A stretch of DNA of 46,132 nt from Candidatus Aenigmatarchaeota archaeon (GCA_039000165.1 JAWBTW010000006.1:1-46132); one strand, 5' to 3'; positions 18,902-28,824 are shown, counted from the first letter of the stretch. Made by a program: numbers and translations. The notes: a model not told the origin generated them from the sequence alone.

Positions 18902-19599
18902 CCTCCCAACCTCAACCAATAATTTTCTAAGGTTTTGTACTTTTTCAAAAGTTTACTTTTTTCTTCAACTTCCAAGATTTTTCCATCTTTTATAAAAGCT
19001 ATTTTATTTGCTAATCTTTCAACCTCAACCATATCATGACTTGCAAAAAATATTGTAGTTCCATTCCTGTTTAACTCTTTTAAAAATGTGTGAATTTCTC
19101 TTTTGGTTTTTGGGTCAAGACCAAATGTGGGTTCATCTAGAATTAAAACCTTAGGTTTATTTAGTAAAGCCTTTGCTAGAGCAACTTTTGATAGTTCTCC
19201 TGTCGAAAGTTCCCACCCTTCACTTTCCCTTAAATAAGAAATTCTAAAATCTTTCAAAATTTTTTCGACTCTTCTTTGTTCAACCCCATAAAGTTTTGCG
19301 TAACAATTAAGAAAGTCTTTAACCTTAAGATGAGATGATGGTTTTTCGGCAGGTACATAGTTAACAATTTGAAGAATCTCTTTATCCTTGAACGGGTTTT
19401 TGCCAAGGATTTTTATTTCCCCCTTATCAGGAATGATAATTGTTAAGAGAATGTTAATGAGAGTGGTTTTCCCAGAACCATTCGGCCCAAGAAGCGCAAA
19501 GAATTCACCTTCCTCTACTTCAAGATTAATGTTTTTGAGAGAGAAACTTTCTTCTCCCTTAAAGGTTTTGTACAAATTTCTTATTTCTAGAGCTTTCAT
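18898..19599 (-). CDS. ABC exporter ATP-binding protein
   Basis: GPNGSGKT, LSTGE, ILDEPT, SHD; start trimmed to MKALEI because the longer ORF runs into a tRNA. Confidence 0.93.
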   Translation of the reverse strand: MKALEIRNLYKTFKGEESFSLKNINLEVEEGEFFALLGPNGSGKTTLINILLTIIIPDKGEIKILGKNPFKDKEILQIVNYVPAEKPSSHLKVKDFLNCYAKLYGVEQRRVEKILKDFRISYLRESEGWELSTGELSKVALAKALLNKPKVLILDEPTFGLDPKTKREIHTFLKELNRNGTTIFFASHDMVEVERLANKIAFIKDGKILEVEEKSKLLKKYKTLENYWLRLGG

Positions 19600-19640
19600 A
19601 CTTTTTAAATTGTTAACTAATAAATTAGAAGATTTTTTGA

Positions 19641-19727
19641 TGGGGTTGCTGGGATTTGAACCCAGGTTACGAGCGCCCGAGGCTTCCACCAATTTTCGTG
19701 TCCTAGACCAAGCTAGACGACAACCCC
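19641..19727 (-). tRNA. tRNA-Pro(CGG) with 12-nt intron at position 29/30 (19684-19695)
   Basis: Acceptor GGGGTTG/CAACCCC, T-arm CTGGG-TTCAAAT-CCCAG; removing AAATTGGTGGAA restores stem CGAGC/GCTCG around CT-CGG-GC. Confidence 0.88.
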
Positions 19728-20318
19728 TTATTTTACTTCAATTGTTATCTTTATTTCAGTCTCAGGGTTTTTCAATTTTTCCACAAGCTCTCTTTTTAAA
19801 TCGCAAGCAGCTTTGTTAGCTAGTATAGCCAATGTTCTGTTATCAATAAAATCAGATTTTCTAACCACAATATCTTCTGCATGACTTAACTTTAGGGCAG
19901 GCGAACCATAAGCTATTATAACATCTTCTATTCCAGCAGCACTAATTTTTATCTCAATTTTTTTCCCTTCTTTTAAGGCCTCCTTTATTTCTTTGCTTAA
20001 ATCTTTACATGCTTTATTTGCCTTTACCCCAATTATACAATCAGCGTCTTTTTTTATTTCTCCAGATTTTGTGATTTCAAAAGTTGTTTTATGCATAGCA
20101 GAAATGTTAGGATGACCATAAGCTATTATTTCCTCTTTCACAGGCTTAATTTCCATCAAAAGTTTCCAACCTCTTTCTGTTGGAATGTAAGCTCCTGTTT
20201 CTGTGTAAAAAACCATACCTTTTGCTTCCAAGGCTTCAAAAGTTGCTCTAATCATTTCAGGAGTTATTGCTGGCAATTCAGGCTCAATTTCTCTCATTTC
20301 TTTTGTTTCTTTTTTCAT
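19728..20318 (-). CDS. DUF371-family protein with N-terminal wHTH-like extension
   Basis: GHPNISAMHKTTFEITK, DCIIGV, IVVRKSDF, ANKAACDL. Confidence 0.85.
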   Translation of the reverse strand: MKKETKEMREIEPELPAITPEMIRATFEALEAKGMVFYTETGAYIPTERGWKLLMEIKPVKEEIIAYGHPNISAMHKTTFEITKSGEIKKDADCIIGVKANKACKDLSKEIKEALKEGKKIEIKISAAGIEDVIIAYGSPALKLSHAEDIVVRKSDFIDNRTLAILANKAACDLKRELVEKLKNPETEIKITIEVK

Positions 20319-21058
20319 TTTTCTTTCCTCCCAAAAGTTAACCATCCAGTATGCATTATGCCAACAGTTTTCGGTCTTGTATACTTTTCAACTTGCCACT
20401 CTCTTACTATATTTTCAACAGTTTTTATATTACAAAAACCTTTCTCTTTCATTTTTTTTGTTACAGAAGAAACTTGCTCTATATAAGGAGAATAAACAAC
20501 CAGCCAACCTCCTGGTTTTAAAGCTTTGTAAGCATGCTCTATAACCTTTTCAGCATCCTTTAGATCTAAAGTTATTAAGTCAACGTTTTTTTCATCAATA
20601 CCTTTTGTTATATCTTTTTCTTTTAGTTTGATGTTTTTTAATCCTGAAAGTTTAATGTTTTTCTTTGCAATTTTTGCAAATTTTTTATTGCTCTCATAAG
20701 TAACAACTTTTCCAGGAGAAAGATAACTTGCAAGAAATATAGCTAAAAAACCAGAACCAGTTCCTGCATCTACGACCAAACTTCCTGGTTTAATTCCTGT
20801 GTAAGCAAGAATTAAGGCAGCATCTTTTGGCATAATTATTTGTGGTAGTCTTTCAAGTTTTTCGAGCAAATCTACTATTGTTGGGTTAACTATTACAAAT
20901 TCTTTATTCAAGTGAGTTTTGATTTTTTCACCAAAACTTTTTTTAAAAAGTTCTTCTAAGTTGAAAATTCCATCTTTTGTGTGAAATTTTCCTTTTTTCA
21001 CTTTTACCAAGTAAGAACTTTCTTTTGAAAGAAGTAAAACCGGCTGATTTTTCTTCAT
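20315..21058 (-). CDS. trmI: tRNA (adenine-57/58-N1)-methyltransferase
   Basis: PQIIMPKD, DAGTGSG, LDL, YSPYIEQ, HTGWL. Confidence 0.93.
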   Translation of the reverse strand: MKKNQPVLLLSKESSYLVKVKKGKFHTKDGIFNLEELFKKSFGEKIKTHLNKEFVIVNPTIVDLLEKLERLPQIIMPKDAALILAYTGIKPGSLVVDAGTGSGFLAIFLASYLSPGKVVTYESNKKFAKIAKKNIKLSGLKNIKLKEKDITKGIDEKNVDLITLDLKDAEKVIEHAYKALKPGGWLVVYSPYIEQVSSVTKKMKEKGFCNIKTVENIVREWQVEKYTRPKTVGIMHTGWLTFGRKEK

Positions 21059-21239
21059 GATTGCTCACCTATTTCTTAATTTTTAATTTTCTCATTTTTA
21101 AGTCAAACAATTAAAAAGTATACATTTTAAATATTTTTTCATTTGATAAAGTATAAAACGATGCACGGATGAGAATGAAAGAACTGGAAGAGAAAATAGG
21201 GAAAAAAGTTGAAATTTCAGTTATTTAATTCCCTGCTAT

Positions 21240-22154
21240 TCACATGCTCCTCAGAATTCTTATGCGCTCTTCTATTGGTGGGTGGGTTGCATATAACTTA
21301 TCCAAAGGACTTTTATTAGGGTCTACAAAAAATAAGTGACTAACTGCTTCACTAACTTTCATCTCCCCTTGATTTATTTTCATGATTTTCTCTAAAGCAG
21401 AAGCTAGACCTTCAGGATATCTCGTTAACTCTACTGCGCTCGCATCAGCAAGAAATTCCCTTCTTCTTGAGATTGCAAATTGAACAAGCCTAACAGCAAT
21501 GGGAGCTATTAAAGCTAGGATTGCCCCTATTACAATAAGTAAAAGAATGCTCCCCCCACCTTTTCCACTTCTTCTATCCCTACTGTATAAACTATAACGA
21601 AGAGATCTTAGTAGCATGTAGCTTAAAATAGCAACTAACCCAACCATCACAGCAACTATTGTCATAAACCTTATGTCATAGTTTTTGATGTGAGAAATTT
21701 CATGTGCGATTACTCCTTCTATCTCATCTCTTTTTAAATTTTTAAGTAAACCTGTTGTTACTGCTATTGAAGCATTCTCAGGGTTTCTTCCTGTAGCAAA
21801 GGCGTTTATTTCCTCGCTTTCTATAATGTAAATTTTTGGTTTTGGTATGCCTGCAGCTATGCTTAGACCTTCAACAGTATTCACAAGATGAACATAATTT
21901 TTATCATTTTCATCTATAGGTTTTGCGTTTGTTGCGGTAAGAACAACTTTATCTCCATACATGTAGCTTCCATAAGTATAAAGGGAAACAAAGAATATCG
22001 CAAAAATAAGAAAAAACAAGGAAAGTTCTGGTAGAAAAATTTCGCCTATAATATAGATTAAGCCAGTAAGGAAAGCAAAAACAATAAGAGCTAAAAGAAG
22101 AGAATTTCTTCTATTTTTAGCTATTTGGTCATAAAAACTAATCCTTTCCATCAA
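21240..22154 (-). CDS. htpX: Membrane zinc metalloprotease HtpX (M48)
   Basis: NAFATG, AHEISH, SRRREFLAD, THPPIEERI. Confidence 0.95.
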   Translation of the reverse strand: MMERISFYDQIAKNRRNSLLLALIVFAFLTGLIYIIGEIFLPELSLFFLIFAIFFVSLYTYGSYMYGDKVVLTATNAKPIDENDKNYVHLVNTVEGLSIAAGIPKPKIYIIESEEINAFATGRNPENASIAVTTGLLKNLKRDEIEGVIAHEISHIKNYDIRFMTIVAVMVGLVAILSYMLLRSLRYSLYSRDRRSGKGGGSILLLIVIGAILALIAPIAVRLVQFAISRRREFLADASAVELTRYPEGLASALEKIMKINQGEMKVSEAVSHLFFVDPNKSPLDKLYATHPPIEERIRILRSM

Positions 22155-22705
22155 AATTCCACTTTAACTGGTTTTCTTTCTTCTTCTGCAATTTCAAAGT
22201 ATTCTTTTGGCTTATTCTTTCCAATAATTTTTGCAAACCAAACTCCAGGAATTGTTGAAATTGTGTTATTAAACCTTAAAACAGAATCATTATAAAACTG
22301 TCTTGCATAAGCTATCTTATTTTCTATTCCTTCAAGCTGTTCTTGCAAGAGTTTAAAGTTTTCACTAGCTTTAAGCTTTGGGTAATTTTCAGCTATGGCA
22401 AAAATTGTTTTTAAAGCTTTTGTTAGTTCACCTTCTGCTTTTACTCTTTCTTTCATTGTTGTCGCACTTAGCATCTTCTCCCTAGCTTCTGTAACCATCT
22501 TTATTGCTTCTTTTTCATGTTTCATGTAACCTTTTACCGTTTCAACTAAGTTTGGTACCAAGTCTGCTCTTTTCTTAAGTTGAACGTCTATTTGACTCCA
22601 CGCATTTTCTACTCTGTTAGAAAGGACTATTATTCTATTTATATAGTAAATGCAAATCCCAGCTAGTATGCATATCAAAACTATTGCAAGTATTATCTCT
22701 ATCAT
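22151..22705 (-). CDS. lemA: LemA-family protein
   Basis: AWSQIDVQLKKRADLVPNLV, ENYPKLKAS, ENKIAYARQFYN. Confidence 0.95.
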   Translation of the reverse strand: MIEIILAIVLICILAGICIYYINRIIVLSNRVENAWSQIDVQLKKRADLVPNLVETVKGYMKHEKEAIKMVTEAREKMLSATTMKERVKAEGELTKALKTIFAIAENYPKLKASENFKLLQEQLEGIENKIAYARQFYNDSVLRFNNTISTIPGVWFAKIIGKNKPKEYFEIAEEERKPVKVEF

Positions 22706-22709
22706 TTCT

Positions 22710-22955
22710 TCATCCTCTTATAAAAAAGAATAGAACTACTACCAATATAAAGATTAGAGAAGTTATGAGAAGGAAGTAAAAAGCTTCTTTTGAGGTTGCT
22801 AAAGCTATTGGAAAGGGACCAATCCAAATTATAGCACCACCTTCAATTTTTGTTTGTTTTGATTCAAGAAGCAATAAAACACTTCCTAGCAAGACTAAAC
22901 CAATTCCTAGAAAAAATATAAAAGCTCCTACAGGAATGTTTTGAAGTTCCATCAT
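22710..22955 (-). CDS. DUF131-like small membrane protein
   Basis: EGGAIIWIGPFPI between two TM helices. Confidence 0.8.
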   Translation of the reverse strand: MMELQNIPVGAFIFFLGIGLVLLGSVLLLLESKQTKIEGGAIIWIGPFPIALATSKEAFYFLLITSLIFILVVVLFFFIRG

Positions 22956-23007
22956 TATTTTTTATACGTATAAAGCTTATTAAACTAACAATCCAAAAAG
23001 AAAAAGT

Positions 23008-24087
23008 ATGAGAGCTTATATAGTTACAACTTTAATAGGAACTTTTGCTTTAGACGAAAATAACAACATTATCTCTTTCATACCGTTTCCAAAAAATTTT
23101 GAGAAAATTGCAGAGAAGCTAATAGCTTGCGAGACAGAAGTTATAGAAGAAGAGAAAAGAATTCAAAATGAACTCTCAAAAAAAGGTTATACTGATTTTG
23201 TTTTTTCTCTTAAAAAACCTGGAGTTAAAAATGTAGAAGTTGAAAATAAGGCAGAAGCTTTTATAAAGGAAAACCTGAGAAAAATAGCAATAGAAAAGGG
23301 TTTTGTTAAAGACGATATGGAATTTAACCAATTTCTTTCAAGAATAGGGGTAGAATTAACAAAGCTGAGAATCAAAAAAGCCTTAACCAAAGATAAACTA
23401 ATAGTTCAAGTTAATGGTGCAATAGAAGAATTGGATAAAACAATAAACATCTTTGTTGAAAGAGCAAGGGAATGGTATTCTTTGCACTTTCCCGAAATGG
23501 ATAATATAGTAAGTAGCCATGAAAGATACTTAAAGATAATAAAAGAGTTTGGTTCAAGAGAAAAAGTAGCAGATAAAGACTTGGTTCAGTTCAAAAACAA
23601 AAGTATGGGTATGGATTTTTCCCATGAAGACATAAAACATGTTCAAGAGTTTGCAAGAATTGTTCTCCAGCTTTTTGAGACCAGAGAAAAACTAACAAAG
23701 TATCTTGAAAAACTTTTGAAGGAGGTTGCACCTAACTTTACGGAACTTGCAACTCCAATCCTAGCTGCAAAGTTTATCTCAAAGGCAGGAAGCTTAGAGA
23801 AACTTGCTAAAATGCCTTCTTCAACGATTCAGCTTCTTGGTGCAGAAAAGTCGCTTTTCAGATTTTTGCATGGAAAAGGAAAAAGTCCAAAGTATGGTTT
23901 ACTTTTTCAACATCCCTACGTTCAAAAATCTCCTTCAAAATTAAGAGGAAAAGTTGCAAGGCATTTGGCGGCAAAGTTAAGTATGGCTGTAAAAATAGAT
24001 TTTTACTCAAAAGAGTATAAGGCTGACAAGTTGAAGAAAGATTTGGAAGAGGAAATAAAAAAGATTTTATCAAAGGAAAAAGGCTAG
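23008..24087 (+). CDS. nop5: Box C/D RNP protein Nop5
   Basis: REWYSLHFPE, APN, MPSSTIQLLGAEKSLF, PKYGLLFQHP. Confidence 0.95.
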   Translation: MRAYIVTTLIGTFALDENNNIISFIPFPKNFEKIAEKLIACETEVIEEEKRIQNELSKKGYTDFVFSLKKPGVKNVEVENKAEAFIKENLRKIAIEKGFVKDDMEFNQFLSRIGVELTKLRIKKALTKDKLIVQVNGAIEELDKTINIFVERAREWYSLHFPEMDNIVSSHERYLKIIKEFGSREKVADKDLVQFKNKSMGMDFSHEDIKHVQEFARIVLQLFETREKLTKYLEKLLKEVAPNFTELATPILAAKFISKAGSLEKLAKMPSSTIQLLGAEKSLFRFLHGKGKSPKYGLLFQHPYVQKSPSKLRGKVARHLAAKLSMAVKIDFYSKEYKADKLKKDLEEEIKKILSKEKG

Positions 24088-24090
24088 AGC

Positions 24091-24759
24091 ATGGAGGCAA
24101 AACCGTATAAGTTTGAAGGTGTTTATCTTGTAGAAAACAAGATTTGTACGCTTAACCTTATTCCTGGAAAAAGTGTTTACGGAGAAAAACTGATTAAAAT
24201 AAAAGAAAAAGAATACAGAGAATGGGTTCCTTCTCGTTCAAAGTTGTGCGCAGCTGTAAAAAAAGGAATAAAGCATTTCCCGTTTAAAAAAGGTAGCAAA
24301 GTGCTTTACTTGGGAGCTGGTACAGGAACTACGATAAGTCATATTAGCGATATAATAGGAAAGGAAGGAATAATTTATGCGATAGAGATTTCTGAAAGAC
24401 CGTTAAGGGAGTTGATAAGATTAGCAGAAGTTAGGCAAAACATAGTACCAATCCTTGCTGATGCAAGAATGATAGAAACTTACCAGAATTTGATAACAGA
24501 AAAAGTGGATATAATTTATGAGGATGTTGCAGACCCTGACCAGATTAAGATACTTGTGAAGAATTCAGAGAAATTCTTGAAAGAGGGGGGAATTGCTGAA
24601 ATAGCCATAAAATCTCAAAGCATTAGTTCAACAAAACCACCAAGAGAAGTCTATAGAGAATGTTTGCAAGAATTAGGAAAGCATTTTGAAATTCTGGATA
24701 AAGTTGAGCTTGACCCTTATGAAAAATTTCATCTTTTTGTAGTTTTAAGGAAATCTTGA
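24091..24759 (+). CDS. flpA: Fibrillarin 2'-O-methyltransferase
   Basis: SVYGE, YREW.P.RSKL, VLYLGAGTGTTISH, NIVPILADA. Confidence 0.95.
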   Translation: MEAKPYKFEGVYLVENKICTLNLIPGKSVYGEKLIKIKEKEYREWVPSRSKLCAAVKKGIKHFPFKKGSKVLYLGAGTGTTISHISDIIGKEGIIYAIEISERPLRELIRLAEVRQNIVPILADARMIETYQNLITEKVDIIYEDVADPDQIKILVKNSEKFLKEGGIAEIAIKSQSISSTKPPREVYRECLQELGKHFEILDKVELDPYEKFHLFVVLRKS

Positions 24760-24988
24760 AAGTTTTAGTTTTCTGACTTCAAATTTTTGGCTTTAAAAAG
24801 TACGGCTAAAGCAAAGATATATGCTAAAAAATTAATGAAAAGAGAAGGTTTAAAGGTAAGGAAAAAAAGCTAGAAAAAAACTCGTACCAAAACCAACAGA
24901 TGCAATCCAAAAAGCCAGCTTAATTATTTTCTTTTGGTTCGTTTTCAAGTGTACCTACTTGTTACTTATTTCATAATCTTAAATTTCT

Positions 24989-25114
24989 TTAAGGAAGTCT
25001 TGAAGCAGGTTTAAGAAAACCACCAATTCTATCTTGGGCTACCCAGTTGACTCTCCACTTGAGCATTTTCCTGTCTTCTACAAGCTCAATCTCTACTTTT
25101 TTTATAACTTCCAT
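24989..25114 (-). CDS. 41-aa hypothetical microprotein
   Basis: MEVIKKVEIELVEDRKMLKWRVNWVAQDRIGGFLKPASRLP; GAGGT RBS; 4 nt after upstream stop. Confidence 0.5.
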   Translation of the reverse strand: MEVIKKVEIELVEDRKMLKWRVNWVAQDRIGGFLKPASRLP

Positions 25115-25118
25115 TTAA

Positions 25119-25322
25119 TTACCTCAACTTTGGGATAAAGTTTCTAGAGTATGAATCTATCCTAAACTCAAGCAAATTTGTTTGAGTTTTAAACTTTGTT
25201 AGGGAAGATTCAAGAAAGCTTCTTCCACAAGTTTTGCAAAACATCCTTCTTTCTCCAAAACCATCTATAAATCTTATAATTCTTCGTGAGTTACAAAGCA
25301 AACATCTCATCATACTACTCAC
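25119..25322 (-). CDS. Small zinc-ribbon protein
   Basis: CLLC...CKTC; contains QTNLLEF. Confidence 0.7.
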   Translation of the reverse strand: MSSMMRCLLCNSRRIIRFIDGFGERRMFCKTCGRSFLESSLTKFKTQTNLLEFRIDSYSRNFIPKLR

Positions 25323-25430
25323 TTTAAAAAATTAGGTTTGATAGTTATACTTGGTTTTCCCAACCTCACTTCCGCTGATTCAGAAAAATAAGGTAATTTT
25401 TGTTTTGTTTTTGAAAATAAAAGCTTAAAT

Positions 25431-26483
25431 TTACTTTTTACCAAAAAATCTGCCTAATTCTCTAATCAACCTTCTTTCAAAAATTTCCCTATTTTCTTCC
25501 TTTATGCTTGCTCCTGCAGCATGAGGATGACCACCACCACCGTTTAAACCTTTTGCGCTTCTTTCCATTATTTTTCCCAGGTCTATTTCTAAGCTTCCTC
25601 TGTACCTTGCATGGATTGCGTATTTTTTTCCAACTTTTCTAAAAACAACAAGAACCTTTTCAGGAAATTTGCCAGACATTTTTGTTGAAATGAGGGAAGT
25701 TATTTCTCTATGTTTTGTTTCAATTTCTGAAATCAGGAGATTTACTTCTTTATATTCTTTTAAATTCTTCCAGAAAATTTTTTCACAATCTTTTATTTTT
25801 TTCAAGTATTTTTTTAACGCTTTTCTTACAGCTTCGTTTTTCTTGAACTCTTCCAAAGAGCTAGTTCTTTCCAACAACCTAAAAGTTTTTTCAAAACCAA
25901 TTTCGCTAATTATTCCCACAAGTTTTTCAACTTCTTTCCAAACTCTTGTTTTTGGTATATCTTCTTTACTTTTTATTTTCAACCCTTTAAGCAAATCTTT
26001 ACAATCAGAAAAACCAAAATCACTAATAGTTCCTATTATGGCCAACCATTTTTCACTTTCAGTGTTAAGAATTTTTGAAAAAAACTTGTAAGTAACATAA
26101 GAAGCAGGCTGATAGATTTTTGGATTTTTAATTCTTGGGTTGATATACACAATTCTTTTTGCGTTTAAGTTTTTTCTTGGTGGGTGATGATCTATGATGA
26201 GGATATCTTTTTTAAACCTTAGTAATTTTTCTTTCATGTAAGAAATGTCTATATCTAAAACGATTATCTTATCAAAATTCTTAACTTTTTTTGCTATTTT
26301 TTCAATTTCTTCATTGGAGGATGCGCACTTTCTTTCAACTTTTAAACCAAGTTTTTTCATACATTTAGAAAATATTAATCCCGAAGATAACCCGTCTAAA
26401 TCCTTGTGGTAAACCAAGAGAATTCTATCGTCAGGTTTAATCTTCCTTAGAAAAGAAATTCCTCTTTTTATCAATTCTTCCAT
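25431..26483 (-). CDS. DHH/DHHA1 phosphoesterase (RecJ-like)
   Basis: YHKDLDG, VLD, IIDHH, GTISD, GGGHPHAAG. Confidence 0.92.
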   Translation of the reverse strand: MEELIKRGISFLRKIKPDDRILLVYHKDLDGLSSGLIFSKCMKKLGLKVERKCASSNEEIEKIAKKVKNFDKIIVLDIDISYMKEKLLRFKKDILIIDHHPPRKNLNAKRIVYINPRIKNPKIYQPASYVTYKFFSKILNTESEKWLAIIGTISDFGFSDCKDLLKGLKIKSKEDIPKTRVWKEVEKLVGIISEIGFEKTFRLLERTSSLEEFKKNEAVRKALKKYLKKIKDCEKIFWKNLKEYKEVNLLISEIETKHREITSLISTKMSGKFPEKVLVVFRKVGKKYAIHARYRGSLEIDLGKIMERSAKGLNGGGGHPHAAGASIKEENREIFERRLIRELGRFFGKK

Positions 26484-26484
26484 A

Positions 26485-27126
26485 TTATTCTTTTTTTTCT
26501 TCTGTTAACTTTTTTATTGTTTCCTCATCAAGAAGTATTAATTGTAACTGTTGTGTTGGTTGCGTGCTTGCTTGTAAGTGGAACTCGATAAGTGAGAGCA
26601 AAGTATCACAATAATGGAATATTAAGGCCTCGAAGTTTCTTGGAGGAGTTGGGCCGGTTTCACCAAAGTGTGAGGCAACTATGTGAATTACCTCCTCTGG
26701 AAATCCTTGATGATAAAGTTCGGCTGTGGCGAGCATTGTATGATCTAGTAAAATTCCAGTATGTTCTAAACCTCTTTCAGTTTTTTTGTACTCGAATATT
26801 TTCATCAAATCATGTAGAATTGCAGCAGCCAAGAGGTTATCTCTATTTACAGGAATACCATAATTTTCTTCAACTGCATCAGCAACCTTGAGACAAACTT
26901 CTGCCAAGGCAATTGAATGGTTCAAAACATCTCTTTCTACTGTTATTTTTCCTGCGCCTGAAGTAACAGTAAAAACACATCTAGCCTCTTCTATTTTCAG
27001 TTTTGGATATTTCTTAAAATCTTTATTGCTAAGTCTAGGGTTTTTAACAAACTCTATTACTTTCTTTCTCAATTCTTCATTCTTAATTTTTTCTGCTAAT
27101 TCTATCAATTTTTGCATTTCTTTCAC
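26485..27126 (-). CDS. HD-domain phosphohydrolase
   Basis: H...ILHDLMK...DH...SH.G..P...EA..FHYCD. Confidence 0.88.
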   Translation of the reverse strand: MKEMQKLIELAEKIKNEELRKKVIEFVKNPRLSNKDFKKYPKLKIEEARCVFTVTSGAGKITVERDVLNHSIALAEVCLKVADAVEENYGIPVNRDNLLAAAILHDLMKIFEYKKTERGLEHTGILLDHTMLATAELYHQGFPEEVIHIVASHFGETGPTPPRNFEALIFHYCDTLLSLIEFHLQASTQPTQQLQLILLDEETIKKLTEEKKE

Positions 27127-27417
27127 TTAACCGAAGAGTGCACTCAAGCCTGCTACTGCTTCTTCAGCTTTCTCCTTTTCTTCCTTTTCTTCCCTCTTCT
27201 CTTCCCTTTCTTCAGGTTGTTGAGGAGCTAGCGAAAAGCTTACAGCCTGTTTTAATATCTCGTCTATGTTAACTCCTTCTAAGCTTGCTACCAAGGCCTT
27301 TATTTTATTTTCATCAGGAGTTAGACCTAGGGCTTGGAATATTTTCTTTATGTTTTCTTCTGTTATTGGAAGCTTTGCTGAGTGAAGCAGTAGCGCGCTA
27401 TATACAACTTCCATCAT
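27127..27417 (-). CDS. rpl12: Ribosomal stalk protein P1 (L12)
   Basis: VYSALLLH...AGLSALFG. Confidence 0.96.
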   Translation of the reverse strand: MMEVVYSALLLHSAKLPITEENIKKIFQALGLTPDENKIKALVASLEGVNIDEILKQAVSFSLAPQQPEEREEKREEKEEKEKAEEAVAGLSALFG

Positions 27418-28172
27418 TTAGCACCTCCAAATTTTTCTAAAGCTAAAGCATTTTGATAAGCTTTAATTAGCAAGTATTGAATGTTTTCTTTTGTAGGATA
27501 ATTAATGTTTATAGAAAGATTTAAAGCTTGATTAAAGGCTTCTTTTATCTTCTCTGGAAAAATGTTGACGAGCTCCAGAGTTTCTTTATTGTATATTCTT
27601 CCGTCTTCATACATCCCTACTAAATTTAAACTAATCTTTACTGGTTGAATTTTAAGTTTTCTTAAAACATTTGCTAAATCTTTCGATATAACATTACCTT
27701 TCTTTGCAACAATCACATCTTTTTTAACAACGATTTTTCCTTCTTCAACACCAACAGGAATACCCGCTTTGGACAATTCACTTATCACAGGACCTGGAAG
27801 TAGAGAAGTAGGTCCTGCGCTTACTTTTATGTCCTCGTTAGCTATATCCCCTTCTTTAGCAAAGGTTGGGAATTTAAGTTTACTTATTATAGAGTAAATT
27901 TTAAAACAATCCTCATTAGAAAGTAAAACTGCTGGTTGGTTAGGAATTATTTTTTCAAGCTCATCAAGGTTTTTAACTTCAAGCTCCTTTAAAGCATGAA
28001 GCAAAATTGATTTTTTTACTACCTTAATTATCCCTTTCTCTCTTATCTCTTTTCTTATTTCCTGAAACTGTTTGCTCGGAAGTTTGAATATATCTATCAG
28101 TCCAATAACCTTATATCTTCTAATCATTTCCTTTAATTCTTCTTTTTTTGCAATCTTTTCTTCTCTTGCCAT
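27414..28172 (-). CDS. rpl10: Ribosomal protein uL10 (P0)
   Basis: AKEGDIA..DI.V.AGPT..PGP, YPTKENI; lies between L1 and P1. Confidence 0.95.
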   Translation of the reverse strand: MAREEKIAKKEELKEMIRRYKVIGLIDIFKLPSKQFQEIRKEIREKGIIKVVKKSILLHALKELEVKNLDELEKIIPNQPAVLLSNEDCFKIYSIISKLKFPTFAKEGDIANEDIKVSAGPTSLLPGPVISELSKAGIPVGVEEGKIVVKKDVIVAKKGNVISKDLANVLRKLKIQPVKISLNLVGMYEDGRIYNKETLELVNIFPEKIKEAFNQALNLSININYPTKENIQYLLIKAYQNALALEKFGGAK

Positions 28173-28174
28173 TT

Positions 28175-28792
28175 TTATACCTCAAGCTTTATCGGTTTAC
28201 TCATCGTTAATTTTAGCAAAACTTCACCTATGTTTTGTTTTCCTTTTGGTAACTTTGCTTTTAAAGCCTCTAAAACAGCTTCGATATTTTCTGCAATTTC
28301 TTCATCCTTCATATCTTCCTTTCCTACCATACATTGAACTACTGGCGAATCTTTTATCCTTATTCTTACAGATTTTTTATAATTTTCTATTAGTTTTTCA
28401 ACGTTACCAGTAATTATTCTCGGCATCTTTCCTCTTGGACCAAGGAATTGGCCTAAATACTTACCGATTAAAGGCATAAGCTTAGGTTCGGCCAAGAAAA
28501 AATCAACGGTTTTAGCAAGCTTTCTTACTTCCCTCTTATTCTTTGCAATTTTCTCTATATCTGAGCTTGTCAGAACTTCAGCATCAACATCCTTTATAGT
28601 ATCAGAAAAAACAACAATCCTTACTTTTTTACCCTTACCATGAGGCAAAACAACATCTTCTGTTATCTTATTCTCGGGTTTCTTTGGATCGAACTCTTTA
28701 AGATTAATTATCAGATCAAAACTTTGAACAAAATTTCTTTTCTTCGATTTTTCTCTCAATTCCTTTATTTTTTCAATTATTTTTTCTTTCAC
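28175..28792 (-). CDS. rpl1: Ribosomal protein uL1
   Basis: KKRNFVQSFDL, LPHG, LGPRGKMP, LTMSKP; GTG start after GGAGGT. Confidence 0.95.
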   Translation of the reverse strand: MKEKIIEKIKELREKSKKRNFVQSFDLIINLKEFDPKKPENKITEDVVLPHGKGKKVRIVVFSDTIKDVDAEVLTSSDIEKIAKNKREVRKLAKTVDFFLAEPKLMPLIGKYLGQFLGPRGKMPRIITGNVEKLIENYKKSVRIRIKDSPVVQCMVGKEDMKDEEIAENIEAVLEALKAKLPKGKQNIGEVLLKLTMSKPIKLEV

Positions 28793-28796
28793 TTTA

Positions 28797-28824
28797 ACCT
28801 CCTGCCTAAGCAGTGACTTGCGGT
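28797..28824 (-). promoter_or_regulatory. Putative L1-binding mRNA element overlapping the rpl1 RBS
   Basis: ACC-GCAAGUCA-CUGC-UUAG-GCAG-GA-GGU: two helices around an asymmetric loop. Confidence 0.5.

Noticed and set aside
19600-19692. N-terminal extension of the ABC ATPase
   Set aside because: Overlaps tRNA-Pro; ATG 19599 gives a normal N-terminus.
21169-21228. Tiny ORF MRMKELEEKIGKKVEISVI
   Set aside because: 19 aa; may be a gene remnant but too short to support.
25323-25430. Box C/D sRNA near nop5/fibrillarin
   Set aside because: A CTGA is present but no convincing RUGAUGA box C.
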